Assembly: GCA_044339205.1 (NCBI GenBank)
Contig: JBIIVW010000001.1
Location: 1-62,151, forward strand
From: Rhodoferax sp.
GTDB taxonomy: Bacteria; Pseudomonadota; Gammaproteobacteria; Burkholderiales; Burkholderiaceae_C
DNA length: 62,151 nt
Reading direction: 5' to 3'
The notes under the pieces: generated by a model
What the model saw: only the letters and a program-made list of their open reading frames with translations
What the model was told of the DNA's origin: nothing
Database searches by the model: none
Shown: positions 40,986 through 51,444 of the stretch, in pieces
Position numbering within the stretch: the stretch's first letter is position 1
Layout of the letters: each line of letters starts with the position of its first letter
Made by a program: the position numbers and the translations under genes

Positions 40986-41038
40986 GTATCAGCAATTGCC
41001 TCTCGCGCAAGCCCGCTTGCAACAAATTTTTTCAATGA

Positions 41039-41104
41039 AATCAAGTACTTAGAAACGATTGCGGAAGTAAATTTCAGCAAATAACGTTAAAAATTAAGCA
41101 CTTA
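41039..41104 (+). promoter_or_regulatory. Two IHF-consensus sites upstream of the dcw promoter
   Basis: AATCAAGTACTTA (41039-41051, perfect WATCAAN4TTR) and AATTAAGCACTTA (41092-41104), 53 bp apart. Confidence 0.55.
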
Positions 41105-41123
41105 GCTCGTTTTATGAAGGTAA

Positions 41124-41144
41124 CGCGTGAAGGCTTTTCACGCG
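41124..41144 (-). terminator. Hairpin after hslU
   Basis: CGCGTGAA-ggctt-TTCACGCG; the U-tract is weak. Confidence 0.45.
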
Positions 41145-41157
41145 CCGCCACACCGCA

Positions 41158-42489
41158 TTACAGGATGTAACGCGACAGGTCTTCGTCCCGGCTCAACTCC
41201 CCCAGCCGGGCATCCACATAAGCGGCATCGATCTGGATCGTCTGGCCGGCGAGCTTGGCCGCATCGAAACTTACCTCGTCGAGCAAGCGTTCCATGACCG
41301 TGGACAAACGCCGGGCGCCAATATTCTCGGTCCGCTCATTCACATCAAACGCAATATGGGCCAAGCGGGTAATGCCTTCGTCCAGGAACTCGACATGCAC
41401 GTTTTCGGTGGCCAGAAGCGCCTGATATTGTTTGACCAGTGAGGCATGGGTTTGCGTCAGGATCGCCACAAAATCCTTGACCGACAGGGACTGCAACTCC
41501 ACCCGAATCGGAAAACGCCCTTGTAACTCAGGAATCAGATCGCTGGGCTTGCTCAGGTGAAAGGCCCCCGAGGCAATAAACAGGATGTGATCCGTCTTGA
41601 CCATGCCGTATTTGGTGGACACCGTCGTGCCCTCGACCAGCGGCAGCAGGTCCCGCTGAACGCCCTGGCGGGAAACCTCGGAGCCACTACCCTCACTGCG
41701 CGACGTGACCTTGTCAATCTCGTCGATGAACACGATGCCGTTCTGCTCCAGCATATGCAGCGCCTGGGTCTTGATCTCCTCCTCATTGACCAGCTTGGCG
41801 GCCTCTTCTTCGACGAGCAGCTTCAGGGCCTCGGCAATCTTGAGCTTGCGGGTTTGTCGTTTTTGCTGTCCCATCTGGCCAAACATACCGCGCAATTGCT
41901 CGGTCATTTCCTCCATGCCGGCTGGCCCCATGATCTCCAACTGCGGTGCCGACTGTGCGACGTCGATCTCGATTTCCCGGTCGGCCAGCTGGCCTTCACG
42001 CAGCTTCTTGCGAAAGGTCTGACGTGCTGTGCTCTCGGGCTCACCCGCCAAGGCGGCACCAAAGTCACCACGTGGTGGGGGAATCAGGATGTCAAGCACC
42101 CGCTCTTCGGCGGCGTCTTCTGCACGAGCACGCACTTTTTTCATCTCGGCCACTCGGGTCTGCTTGACGGCAATATCCGCCAGATCACGAATGATGGCGT
42201 CCACATCCTTGCCCACATAGCCCACTTCCGTGAACTTGGTCGCCTCCACCTTGATGAACGGCGCGTCGGCCAGCCGAGCCAAACGCCGGGCGATTTCGGT
42301 CTTGCCAACGCCTGTAGGTCCGATCATCAGAATATTTTTGGGCGTGATCTCGGCCCGCAAGCCAGGTTCGACCTGCTGACGACGCCAGCGGTTGCGCAGG
42401 GCAATCGCCACGGCGCGCTTGGCCTGCTGTTGGCCAACAATGTGCTTGTCAAGTTCGACAACAATTTCTTGCGGGGTCATGGACGACAT
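41158..42489 (-). CDS. hslU: ATP-dependent protease ATPase subunit
   Basis: [18 protein letters not shown] and ENIGARRL motifs. Confidence 0.97.
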   Translation of the reverse strand: MSSMTPQEIVVELDKHIVGQQQAKRAVAIALRNRWRRQQVEPGLRAEITPKNILMIGPTGVGKTEIARRLARLADAPFIKVEATKFTEVGYVGKDVDAIIRDLADIAVKQTRVAEMKKVRARAEDAAEERVLDILIPPPRGDFGAALAGEPESTARQTFRKKLREGQLADREIEIDVAQSAPQLEIMGPAGMEEMTEQLRGMFGQMGQQKRQTRKLKIAEALKLLVEEEAAKLVNEEEIKTQALHMLEQNGIVFIDEIDKVTSRSEGSGSEVSRQGVQRDLLPLVEGTTVSTKYGMVKTDHILFIASGAFHLSKPSDLIPELQGRFPIRVELQSLSVKDFVAILTQTHASLVKQYQALLATENVHVEFLDEGITRLAHIAFDVNERTENIGARRLSTVMERLLDEVSFDAAKLAGQTIQIDAAYVDARLGELSRDEDLSRYIL

Positions 42490-42493
42490 GGTT

Positions 42494-43039
42494 TCAGAGG
42501 GTCTCGATGGTGTGGTTCATGTTGGTATAGATGCACAGTTCCCCGGCAATCTCCAGTGACTTCTTGACAATTTCCGATGCGGACAATTGTGTGTTCTGCA
42601 GCATGGCGATGGCCGCAGCCTGCGCATAGGCGCCGCCGGAACCAATCGTGACAATGCCGTTTTCGGGCTCCAGCACATCGCCATTGCCGGTGATGATGAG
42701 CGAGGCCTCGCTGTCAGCCACCGCCAGCATGGCCTCCAGACGGCGCAACACCCGGTCGGTGCGCCAGTCTTTGGTGAGCTCAATGGCGGCCCGCACCAAG
42801 TGGCCCTGGTGCTTCTCCAGCTTGGCCTCAAAGCGCTCAAACAAGGTGAAGGCATCGGCCGTGGCACCGGCAAAACCCGCGAGAACTTTGCCATGGTAGA
42901 GCTTGCGCACCTTGCGGGCCGTTCCCTTGACCACAATGTTGCCCAGAGTAACTTGGCCATCGCCTCCAATCGCAACCGAATAGCCCTCAGGCGTCTTGCG
43001 ACGCACGCTGATGATGGTGGTGCCGTGAAATTGTTCCAT
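42494..43039 (-). CDS. hslV: ATP-dependent protease peptidase subunit
   Basis: TTI N-terminus, [13 protein letters not shown] and GSGG motifs; start ATG 43039. Confidence 0.97.
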   Translation of the reverse strand: MEQFHGTTIISVRRKTPEGYSVAIGGDGQVTLGNIVVKGTARKVRKLYHGKVLAGFAGATADAFTLFERFEAKLEKHQGHLVRAAIELTKDWRTDRVLRRLEAMLAVADSEASLIITGNGDVLEPENGIVTIGSGGAYAQAAAIAMLQNTQLSASEIVKKSLEIAGELCIYTNMNHTIETL

Positions 43040-43126
43040 AGATGATGTAGTTTGGGTAGTCCAGAGCAATCACACACCCTGACTGGAGAACCGGTTCGCT
43101 GAAAGTTGCGGATGAATGACGGTCGG

Positions 43127-44899
43127 TCAGGTGTTGCGCACAACCACTCGGGCGTGTTCGTTGATTCCGATCACATTGAAGAAGGCGGCCACAAGGCGCG
43201 GCACGTCCCGAAACTGCACATGGCAACCTTCAGACTCGCGCACTGCCACCCAGTTCAGAATACTGCCCGCTGCAGAAAAATCAACCCGAATCAGCCGGGA
43301 GCAGGAGATCACCAGCCGGTCGGCGCCCTTGAGGCCGGCCTGCAGGTCATCCAGAGCCTGGGCTGCATCTCCCAAAATCTCACCGTTGAGCTCCACGCGA
43401 GACGCCGGGAGTGACTCCACGCCCGCACGAACCGTGATGGCCCGGAAAAAGTCAGAGTCAGGGGCCCTGTCGGCCTCATCGCTGGGCCGGGAAACATCTG
43501 AAACCGAAGCCAGGGCGCCGCCGCGTTGGACCAACTCACAAAGCGCGTCTTTCCAAGGGGGAGGAGACACCTCAAAAGTGACGCAATAGTCCAGCGCAGC
43601 CAACTCAAACTCGTCCTGCAAACGCAAGATACGCAAAGCATCCAGTCGAAGGCGCCACCAATATGGCTCGACCGACTTGTCGCCTGATGGGGTCAGGGAT
43701 CGCAGCATGCGGTCCAGTGCCTCGAATCCAGCCATGTGCAATCGCACCGGTTCTGAACACCACCGGGTAAACAAGTCAGCCAAACGCCTTGCCGCATCGG
43801 GCGTGATGGATTGCAGCTGGCTCCAGTGAAGGTGAAGGGGCACCGATGTCGAGGCGGCACAGTCCAGGAGTTCTTGCATACTCACGGCGTCCAACGCCAC
43901 GGGGCACTCCCAGACCAGGGCCCGATCGGCTGGTGCGGCGGCTAGCTCCTGCCGCGTGGGCAACGGCATGATGCCGCCGAGCAAATCCGGAAGAGAGAAC
44001 CACGCAGGCGCTGATCGACCGAAGCGCATGGCGTAATCGATGGCAACACTGTCAAAACTCGACTTCTGCCCGGTTGCCCGGTACAGGTCAAACAAAGCGG
44101 CGGCCCAGCGGTCTGCTGATTCAGGCGCTGCGTCACTGCCCTGCAGCGCGCTGAGTAGCCCGGCCTCCGCGCCAGCGTCATCCCCGTTGGCAAAGCGAAT
44201 GGCTGCTTCTTCCAACTCCGGGTCCGCCTGCGCTTCGGCCATACCCACCGACAACAGATTGAAGGTGGAGAAATCAGTGCTACCTGCCTCCACAGAGGGC
44301 AGGTTGGGCCTGAAGGTCATCAAGGGCAGCTTACCCGCCGGGTCCACGCCTTCAGACGGAACCTGCTGGCCCATCTGTGTCGGTGCGTAGTCCACGGCAT
44401 ACAGCGACTCCCAACCCGGAGTCATTTCGGAGGCAAGTGTCGGCGAGAATCCGGTTTTTGCATCGGGAGTTCCACTGACGCGCCGCTCTGCGGGCAATGC
44501 CGACGGTGATTCCGGCATGGCTCGGGATGCGGCAGGCTCCTGTCTCCCTTTCCACCACTGCTTGGACATCTGGGCTTCGATTTCGTCAATTTTCCGCAGC
44601 GTCACGGCGCGCTCGCCCTGATTCGAGGCAATGCTGCTCTGGAAGAAAGACGGCCGACTGGGCAGGCTCTGGTTGGGAGTGGGGCCGTTACGTCGCAACT
44701 TCCTTAAATAGTCGAATTCACGCCGGCGAACAAAGTCATTTTGGCGCTTGCGCTCGATGATCTCTTTGAGTGCCGCCTTGCTGTAGCCACTGTCCTGCTC
44801 CACCTCCGCCTTGTCCAGGTCCGACCAGTTCGTGGTCGGATTGCGAACAAACTTCGCCATCTTGGAAAGCAAGCCGCTGCTGTTGTCTTTGGTCGCCAT
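43127..44899 (-). CDS. STAS-domain-containing protein
   Basis: C-terminal STAS-like LIRVDFSAAGSILNW; RKRQNDFVRRREFD N-terminal motif; start ATG 44899. Confidence 0.8.
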   Translation of the reverse strand: MATKDNSSGLLSKMAKFVRNPTTNWSDLDKAEVEQDSGYSKAALKEIIERKRQNDFVRRREFDYLRKLRRNGPTPNQSLPSRPSFFQSSIASNQGERAVTLRKIDEIEAQMSKQWWKGRQEPAASRAMPESPSALPAERRVSGTPDAKTGFSPTLASEMTPGWESLYAVDYAPTQMGQQVPSEGVDPAGKLPLMTFRPNLPSVEAGSTDFSTFNLLSVGMAEAQADPELEEAAIRFANGDDAGAEAGLLSALQGSDAAPESADRWAAALFDLYRATGQKSSFDSVAIDYAMRFGRSAPAWFSLPDLLGGIMPLPTRQELAAAPADRALVWECPVALDAVSMQELLDCAASTSVPLHLHWSQLQSITPDAARRLADLFTRWCSEPVRLHMAGFEALDRMLRSLTPSGDKSVEPYWWRLRLDALRILRLQDEFELAALDYCVTFEVSPPPWKDALCELVQRGGALASVSDVSRPSDEADRAPDSDFFRAITVRAGVESLPASRVELNGEILGDAAQALDDLQAGLKGADRLVISCSRLIRVDFSAAGSILNWVAVRESEGCHVQFRDVPRLVAAFFNVIGINEHARVVVRNT

Positions 44900-44937
44900 G
44901 GATGAGGACTGAGAAGGAGAGGTCGGCGATCCGGGTA

Positions 44938-45870
44938 TCAATCCCCAAACATTTTCTGCTTGAGTTCTCGACGCTGCTGGGCTTCCAGACACAAATTGGC
45001 GGTTGGACGGGCCAACAGCCGGCCAACACCAATGGATTCGCCGGTCTCATCGCAGTAACCGTAGTCGCCGGCATCAATCCGTTGAATGGACTGCTCGATT
45101 TTCTTCAACAGCTTGCGTTCCCGGTCGCGGGTCCGCAGTTCCAGGGCATGCTCTTCTTCGATGGTCGCGCGGTCTGCAGGATCGGGGACGACCACCGTAT
45201 CTTCCCGCAGGTGCTCTGTGGTTTCACCCGCGTTGCTCAGAATATCTTGCTTGATTTTGTTGAGTTTCAGACGGAAATAAGCCATCTGCGTGTCGTTCAT
45301 GTACTCATCGTCGGGCATGGCGATGAGTTCCGCATCGGTCAACTGGTCAACGGGCTTGAGTTTCCAGTTATTGACCAGCTTGGGGTCCTTCTTCACTGCG
45401 GAAGCCAGGGGAGGAACGATCAGTGGCGACTCCGTGGTCTGCATGAAACTGGCTTTGGCCGCCGTGGAAGCAACCGATTGCGCCATGGACGGAACCGTCA
45501 ATTGAGCCAACCGGGACGAAGGACGGCCGGCCCGGGCAGGCGTCGAGGGGGCAGCCACGGGTACAGGCTCGGGAGCGGCCGCAACCTTGGTCGTCGGCAT
45601 CGCAGCCTTGGCGATGGTGCCTGGCGCGACAGTGCGAGCCGCTTTGGGCTTGACTGCCACCGCTTCGGGTTTGCTGACTTTTGCAGTTGTTGTTTTCACA
45701 GAGTCCTTTAATTTATCTTTGTCTTTGGCCGTCAAGCGGGTTGTCACATCCGGAACAGGCGCGGTCTCCAACACCCGAGCTGCCAACACCTTCTTGGTCG
45801 CAGGCGTCGACTTTTCAGCCTCGCTGTTGATATCGGGCGCTGCTTTGGATTTCGCGGTTGTAGCTTTCAC
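44938..45870 (-). CDS. dksA: RNA polymerase-binding protein DksA with a long Lys/Ala-rich N-terminal extension
   Basis: DPADRATIEEE (DxxDxA), RDRERKL, YGYCDETGESIG..RL.ARPTA.LC. Confidence 0.93.
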   Translation of the reverse strand: MKATTAKSKAAPDINSEAEKSTPATKKVLAARVLETAPVPDVTTRLTAKDKDKLKDSVKTTTAKVSKPEAVAVKPKAARTVAPGTIAKAAMPTTKVAAAPEPVPVAAPSTPARAGRPSSRLAQLTVPSMAQSVASTAAKASFMQTTESPLIVPPLASAVKKDPKLVNNWKLKPVDQLTDAELIAMPDDEYMNDTQMAYFRLKLNKIKQDILSNAGETTEHLREDTVVVPDPADRATIEEEHALELRTRDRERKLLKKIEQSIQRIDAGDYGYCDETGESIGVGRLLARPTANLCLEAQQRRELKQKMFGD

Positions 45871-46033
45871 TTTTGGCCTCTCCCCAGGTTTTTCAGACTG
45901 GCGTGGTGCTTATGCCTTGGAAGGCTTGGTTCACGCGGTTGGTGGCGGGCGATTCTATCTGCTCGCCAACCGCAATCCCTCATTTTTTAAAAGCGGGACG
46001 GTCATTTGCCTTGATCACGACGCGTAGCTTACG

Positions 46034-47086
46034 TTAAACCAGCGATTGCTCCATGCCTTGCAAAAAGATATCTTTGGGCAAATCTATCCCGATGAAAACC
46101 ATTTTACTGGTGCGTTGCTCGTCCGCAGCCCAGGCCGGCCCCAGGTCACTGCCCATCAACTGGTGCACGCCCTGAAAAATCACTTTTCGATCTGTGCCCT
46201 GCATATTCAGGACGCCCTTGTAGCGCAGCATGCGCGGGCCATAGATGTTCACAATGGCACCCAGAAAGTCCTCCAGCTTGGCGGGGTCAAATGCACGGTC
46301 TGACTTGAAGACAAAACTCTTGACGTCATCGTCATGCGCATGGTGGTGCCCTGCCTCGTGCTGGTGGGACGGATGATCACACGATTCGCCGGACGCGTGG
46401 TCGTGGTCGTGGTCGTGGTGCGCATGATCGTCCTTCAGGAAATCAGGATCAATGTCCAGCTTGGCATTGAGGTTGAAACCGCGCAGGTCAAACACCTCGC
46501 TCAAAGCCACTTCACCAAAGTGCACCTCTTTTTGCGGCGCGCGCGGGTTCATGTGTTTCAGGCGGTGCATCAGCGCGTCCACGTCCTCGCCTGGAACGAG
46601 GTCGGTCTTGCTGATGAAAATCTGGTCTGCAAAACCCACCTGGCGGCGCGCCTCCTGGCGTTCATCGAGCTGGGTCATGGCGTGTTTGGCGTCCACGAGG
46701 GTCAGAATCGAGTCCAGCAGGTAACTTTCGGCGATTTCATCGTCCATGAAAAAGGTTTGCGCCACCGGGCCGGGATCGGCCAGGCCGGTGGTTTCGATCA
46801 CCACGCGGTCAAAGTCGAGCTCGCCCTTGCGCTTTTTCTCGGCCAGGTCACGCAGCGTGTCGCGCAGGTCCTCGCGAATGGTGCAGCAAATGCAGCCATT
46901 GCTCATCTGGATGATCTGCTCCTTGGTCTCGGTGACCAGGATGTCGCTGTCGATGTTTTCCTCACCAAACTCGTTCTCGATCACGGCTATTTTTTGGCCG
47001 TGCGCCTCCTGCAGCACGCGTTTGAGCAGAGTGGTTTTGCCCGAGCCGAGAAAGCCCGTCAGGATCGTTGCAGGGATAAGACTCAT
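46034..47086 (-). CDS. COG0523/CobW-family GTPase (metallochaperone)
   Basis: GFLGSGKTT, NEFG, GCICC and IETTG motifs, His-rich tract. Confidence 0.93.
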   Translation of the reverse strand: MSLIPATILTGFLGSGKTTLLKRVLQEAHGQKIAVIENEFGEENIDSDILVTETKEQIIQMSNGCICCTIREDLRDTLRDLAEKKRKGELDFDRVVIETTGLADPGPVAQTFFMDDEIAESYLLDSILTLVDAKHAMTQLDERQEARRQVGFADQIFISKTDLVPGEDVDALMHRLKHMNPRAPQKEVHFGEVALSEVFDLRGFNLNAKLDIDPDFLKDDHAHHDHDHDHASGESCDHPSHQHEAGHHHAHDDDVKSFVFKSDRAFDPAKLEDFLGAIVNIYGPRMLRYKGVLNMQGTDRKVIFQGVHQLMGSDLGPAWAADEQRTSKMVFIGIDLPKDIFLQGMEQSLV

Positions 47087-47144
47087 CGTGCGGTAAGTGG
47101 GTTGACTTCAAAAGAGGGGAGTGTAGCGGCCAATGGTTTCCGGG

Positions 47145-48326
47145 TCATTTACGCATGACTACTAAACCTTTTAAGTATTCGCCTTCGGGGAAATTCAGCG
47201 TCATCGGATGGTCCGGGGCGCCGCCCAAACGTTCGGTGATGAATCCATCGACCCCGGCATCGCTGCCAGCAGAGGCCACGATCTTGTGGAACAAGTCCGG
47301 GCTGATGCCGCCCGAGCAGGAGTAGGTGAACAACACACCGCCGGGCGCCAGCAACTTGAAGGCCAGCCGGTTGATGTCCTTGTAGGCGCGGGCAGCGCGC
47401 TCGGCATGCGTGATGGTGGGGGCAAACTTCGGCGGATCCAGAACAATGGCGTCAAACACCCGACCCTGCGAGCCAAACTGGCGCAGCGAAGCATTGACAT
47501 CGGCGTCCATCCAGGTCGTGCGACTGGTGTCAAACCCGTTCAGGGCCACATTGGCGGCAGCCTTTTCCAGCGCAGGGCCCGAGGAATCAATCGAGGTGAC
47601 ATGGCTTGCGCCGCCCTGCAAAGCCGCCACCGTGAAACCGCCGGTGTAGCAAAAGCAGTTCAGCACCTGGTCAAACTTCAAGCGGCGGGTGAGGGCGGAA
47701 AATTTCTGGCGACTGTCTCGCTGGTCAAGGTAAAAACCGGTCTTGTGGCCGGTCGCGATATTGACGCCCAGGTGCCAGTCGTGCTCCCGCAACACCAACT
47801 CCACCGCGCCCTCCCCCCGCAACCAGCCCGTGACCTCAGGCAGGCCCTCCAGGGCCCGGCCACTGGCGTCAGAACGCTCATACAGGTTGGTGAGTCCGGT
47901 GGCGGCCAGCAGGGCGTCAGTCAGCACGTCTTTCCAGCGCTCGGCACCGGCTGAGAGAAACTGGGCCACCAGCGTGTCGCCGTAACGATCCACGATCAGG
48001 CCGGGCAAACCGTCCGACTCACCATGCACCAGCCTCAAACTGTCGCTATTGATATCAAAACGGCCTCTAGCCGACACAGCCACTGCACAGGCAGCTACAA
48101 AAAAAGAAGCATCAATTCGCTGAGCCTCATCAAAGCTCCACACCCGGGCCCGTATCTTGGAGGCCGGGCTGAACGCAGCCCACGCCAGAAAGCCCCCTTC
48201 ATGGGACTCCACCCGAACGGTTTCACCGGACTCGGCGCCCCCGGTAGCGATGGCGGATTCAAAAATCCAGGGGTGGTGGCGAGAGAGTGAGCGGTCTTTG
48301 CCCGGTTTGAGTCGAATCGTTTTCAT
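47145..48326 (-). CDS. rlmI: 23S rRNA m5C1962 methyltransferase (RlmI family)
   Basis: HPWIF, HKTGFYLDQR, LDPPKF, SCSG and EGEYLKG motifs. Confidence 0.88.
   Translation of the reverse strand: MKTIRLKPGKDRSLSRHHPWIFESAIATGGAESGETVRVESHEGGFLAWAAFSPASKIRARVWSFDEAQRIDASFFVAACAVAVSARGRFDINSDSLRLVHGESDGLPGLIVDRYGDTLVAQFLSAGAERWKDVLTDALLAATGLTNLYERSDASGRALEGLPEVTGWLRGEGAVELVLREHDWHLGVNIATGHKTGFYLDQRDSRQKFSALTRRLKFDQVLNCFCYTGGFTVAALQGGASHVTSIDSSGPALEKAAANVALNGFDTSRTTWMDADVNASLRQFGSQGRVFDAIVLDPPKFAPTITHAERAARAYKDINRLAFKLLAPGGVLFTYSCSGGISPDLFHKIVASAGSDAGVDGFITERLGGAPDHPMTLNFPEGEYLKGLVVMRK
48048..48111 (-). repeat. 64-bp motif copy, sense within rlmI
   Basis: tgcttctttttttgtagc-N18-gtcggctagaggcc-gttttgatatcaat. 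Confidence 0.85.
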
Positions 48327-48366
48327 GCGCGCATTGTGGGGCCAATTGGGCTCGACTCAACCTCGG

Positions 48367-48678
48367 TCAATAAGTGATGGCCATGGCAGGCACATCCACC
48401 CGGATTACGGGCTTGGCCAGCGCCGCAAACACCGCACTGGCAAAGTCTGCCGCCCATTTCGGATCGGCAAACAGCACCGGACCCGCCGCCTGGCTCACGG
48501 TCAGCACCTTGTCTACGGTAAGCAGTTTGCCGCTGGCGCGCAGGGGCTCGCACTCCAGCGCGGTGAACTGCGCGTCAAGCCAGGCGCGGGCAATATCGTG
48601 GGGCATGGGGGCTACATCGGCCCCGCTGAAAGTCAACTCGACGTCTTTGTCGAAAATAACCGTGATTTGGTTGCGCAT
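48367..48678 (-). CDS. Hypothetical protein (103 aa)
   Basis: ATG with a GAGG RBS; co-oriented between xerC and rlmI; typical codon usage. Confidence 0.7.
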   Translation of the reverse strand: MRNQITVIFDKDVELTFSGADVAPMPHDIARAWLDAQFTALECEPLRASGKLLTVDKVLTVSQAAGPVLFADPKWAADFASAVFAALAKPVIRVDVPAMAITY

Positions 48679-48778
48679 TGAAAACCTCTGTGTAAATAAA
48701 GTGCAGTGTCGCCGAACTGAACACAGTTATCTGGAGAACGCTACCCAATCGGACTGCCGACAGGTTTCCCGGAGCAAG

Positions 48779-49771
48779 CTATTTATCCCCCGATGCCTTG
48801 ATTTTGGCGCGCGGGTGCGCGGCGTCGTAGGCTTTGGCCAGATGCTGAAAATCGAGCCGGGTGTAGACCTGCGTGGTGGTGATGTTGACGTGGCCCAGCA
48901 GTTCCTGCACCGCGCGCAGGTCGCTGCTGGACTGAAGCAAGTGGCTCGCAAAGGAATGGCGCAGCATGTGCGGGTGGACCGGCATGGCCAGCCCGGCTTG
49001 GTGGCTGCGCTGGCGCAAGCGCTGCCAGATGGATTGCGAGGTCAGACGGGTGCCGTTGCGCCCAATGAAGAGGGCGGCCTGCGGGCTGCCACCCTCGCTC
49101 AAAGCGATTGAGGACAGCCCGGTCAAGCCCTGATCGCGCAGCGCCAGCCAATGCGCCAGCGCCTGGACGGCTTTGGCACCAATGGGCACGGTACGCTGTT
49201 TGGCACCCTTGCCCAGCACATGCGCTTCGCCCTCCTGCAAGTCAACCCAACCGGCTGCGCCCCGCGACGCCACGGCGTCCAAACCGGTCAACTCGCTGAC
49301 GCGCAGACCGCCGCCGTACAGCAGCTCGACCATGGCAGCGTCGCGCGCCTCCAGCCAGGGGGTGTTGTGATCGCTCTCAAAGCTGGCGAGCCGGACCGAA
49401 TCGTCCACACTGAGTGCTTTGGGCAGAGGTTTGCCGGATTTAGGCGCGCGCACATCTTGCACCGGATTGCTGGGCACCCGGCCTTCGCGGCCCAGCCAAG
49501 TGTAGAAACCGCGCCACCCCGACAAAATGAGGGCAATGCCCCGGCCACTGCGCCCGCCCGAGTGCATGTGGGCAACCCAGCGACGGATGTGGTGATTTTG
49601 GACCTGCAGCAGCGCCACCGGTATCCGGGCGGCGTAGTCGCCGAGCTTCTGCAAGTCCAGTGAGTACAGCTCCACCGTGCGCGCGGCCAGGCGTTTTTCC
49701 ACGCGCACATGCTCCAGGTACCGATCCACCAACCCGGCATCGCTGGCAGACGATTCGCTGTCCGCACTCAA
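48779..49771 (-). CDS. xerC: Tyrosine recombinase XerC
   Basis: GLRVSE, GKG, HPHMLRHSFASH, LGH..TTQVY; dapF-DUF484-xerC synteny. Confidence 0.92.
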   Translation of the reverse strand: MSADSESSASDAGLVDRYLEHVRVEKRLAARTVELYSLDLQKLGDYAARIPVALLQVQNHHIRRWVAHMHSGGRSGRGIALILSGWRGFYTWLGREGRVPSNPVQDVRAPKSGKPLPKALSVDDSVRLASFESDHNTPWLEARDAAMVELLYGGGLRVSELTGLDAVASRGAAGWVDLQEGEAHVLGKGAKQRTVPIGAKAVQALAHWLALRDQGLTGLSSIALSEGGSPQAALFIGRNGTRLTSQSIWQRLRQRSHQAGLAMPVHPHMLRHSFASHLLQSSSDLRAVQELLGHVNITTTQVYTRLDFQHLAKAYDAAHPRAKIKASGDK

Positions 49772-49779
49772 GGCCAGGC

Positions 49780-50466
49780 CTACCTCAGGCGCGACAGTGC
49801 GGCACCTGCCAACTCGGCAATGCGCTGCAGAAAATCAGTGGCCATCGCGCTGTTGAAGCGTTCGGCATCCGGCGAGGCAAGCACCAACATGCCATAGGCG
49901 GGCGTGGCACTGCCGCTTGGTCCCAAGCGCAGCGGCAAAATCGCCAGCGACACAGCAGCCTGCGGATCGGGCAACCAGCTGATCGCCTCAAAACCCGTGT
50001 TGAGGCCACAAAACGGCGCCATCAACGACGAAGCAAACAGCTTGGCGTCATCGCTCACGCCGTTGGCAAAGTCGGCATGGGCAAAGGCGGGCATCACGTC
50101 CCAAACCTTGATGCCTACCTGCGGAACTGCAAATTGCTCGGCAATCTCCCGCGCCATCTGGGTGGGTAGCGTCCACGGGTCGCTCACCATGAACAAGGTG
50201 CGCGCCCAGCGCAGGAGCTTGTCGGACAACACGACGTTGTCGTTGCCATTGCGGATCATGTCCATGATGCGCAGCTCCAGCGCCTTGATTTTCTCGCGCA
50301 GCATCACCGCCTGACGCTCCTGCAGGCTCACGGCCCGGGTGCTGTGCGGGCTGGTGAACTGCACGGCCGCCAGCAGCTCGGCGTGGCGCTCAAAGAAATC
50401 AGGCGTATTGGCCAGGTAATTGGCAATATCGTCTTCGGTGATCGGGTTGGTAAAGGAGGTGGTCAT
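49780..50466 (-). CDS. DUF484 family protein
   Basis: YL..PDFF..H..LL and VSLQERQ motifs; lies between dapF and xerC. Confidence 0.88.
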   Translation of the reverse strand: MTTSFTNPITEDDIANYLANTPDFFERHAELLAAVQFTSPHSTRAVSLQERQAVMLREKIKALELRIMDMIRNGNDNVVLSDKLLRWARTLFMVSDPWTLPTQMAREIAEQFAVPQVGIKVWDVMPAFAHADFANGVSDDAKLFASSLMAPFCGLNTGFEAISWLPDPQAAVSLAILPLRLGPSGSATPAYGMLVLASPDAERFNSAMATDFLQRIAELAGAALSRLR

Positions 50467-51338
50467 AGGGTGTCAGGTAAATCGATTTCGCCGCAAAACA
50501 CGGAGGTGGCCGGGCCGGTCATCATCACAGGCGATGCTGGAGAGGCCCAGGAAATGCTCAACACGCCGCCGCGGGTCTGAACCTCCACGGCATTGTCCAG
50601 CAAGCCCAGCCGGATGCCGGCCACCACGGCCGCGCAAGCACCCGTGCCGCAGGCCAGGGTTTCACCCGCGCCGCGCTCATAGACCCGCAGGCGGATGTGG
50701 TTGCGATCCACGACCTGCATGAAGCCCGCGTTGACCCGGCGGGGGAAACAGGGGTGGTGTTCGATCAGCGGGCCCTGCAAGCCTACCGGTGCGGCGTCCA
50801 GGTCATCCACCACCTGCACGGCATGGGGGTTACCCATGGACACCACTGATACTAAAACAGGAGCATCTGAGGCAATAGATACGCCGGCTAGAGGCCATTT
50901 TTGCCATAAACCAGTCGTTTGAGGCACCAAACCGGCATCAACAAAGGGAATTTGGGACAACTCAAACACGGGCAGACCCATGTTCACGGTCACGCGACCA
51001 TCTGCCGTGAGCCGGGGTTCGATCACGCCAGCCAGCGTCTGCACGCGGATCGTGTCCTGGGTGCTCAGGCCCTGGTCGCGCACAAAGCGGGCAAAGCAGC
51101 GCGCACCGTTGCCGCATTGCTCCACCTCGGTGCCATCGGCGTTGTGGATCACGTATTCAAAGTCAATGCCGGGTCCGGGCGAGGGCCGCACCGTCAGAAT
51201 CTGATCGGCCCCGACGCCAAAGCGGCGGTCGGCCAGCAAGCGGTAGTGCGCGGGGGTCAGGGCGTAGCGCGTGGCAGTCTCATCCAGCACGACAAAGTCG
51301 TTGCCGGCGCCCTGCATTTTGGTAAACGGAATTCGCAT
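50463..51338 (-). CDS. dapF: Diaminopimelate epimerase
   Basis: [21 protein letters not shown] and [13 protein letters not shown] motifs; start ATG 51338. Confidence 0.96.
   Translation of the reverse strand: MRIPFTKMQGAGNDFVVLDETATRYALTPAHYRLLADRRFGVGADQILTVRPSPGPGIDFEYVIHNADGTEVEQCGNGARCFARFVRDQGLSTQDTIRVQTLAGVIEPRLTADGRVTVNMGLPVFELSQIPFVDAGLVPQTTGLWQKWPLAGVSIASDAPVLVSVVSMGNPHAVQVVDDLDAAPVGLQGPLIEHHPCFPRRVNAGFMQVVDRNHIRLRVYERGAGETLACGTGACAAVVAGIRLGLLDNAVEVQTRGGVLSISWASPASPVMMTGPATSVFCGEIDLPDTL
50847..50910 (+). repeat. 64-bp motif copy, antisense within dapF
   Basis: tgatactaaaacaggagc-N18-gccggctagaggcc-atttttgccataaa. Confidence 0.88.
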
Positions 51339-51444
51339 GCCATGAATTATCCCCGTATCTACAGATATCTCCGGCGCGACACTTCGCCCGGCCGAGAAAG
51401 AAAACGACCCCAAAGCGCCCCCGAATTCGGTGCAAAATCTGAAA

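Noticed and set aside
43043-43104. Motif-like sequence upstream of hslV
   Set aside because: The core is degenerate and the spacing is off by one.
46397-46420. GTGGTC short tandem repeat
   Set aside because: It encodes the His-Asp tract of the COG0523 protein and is not an independent element.
48779-49771. Tyrosine recombinase as a prophage or island integrase
   Set aside because: The dapF-DUF484-xerC synteny identifies it as chromosomal XerC; no att sites or cargo are seen.
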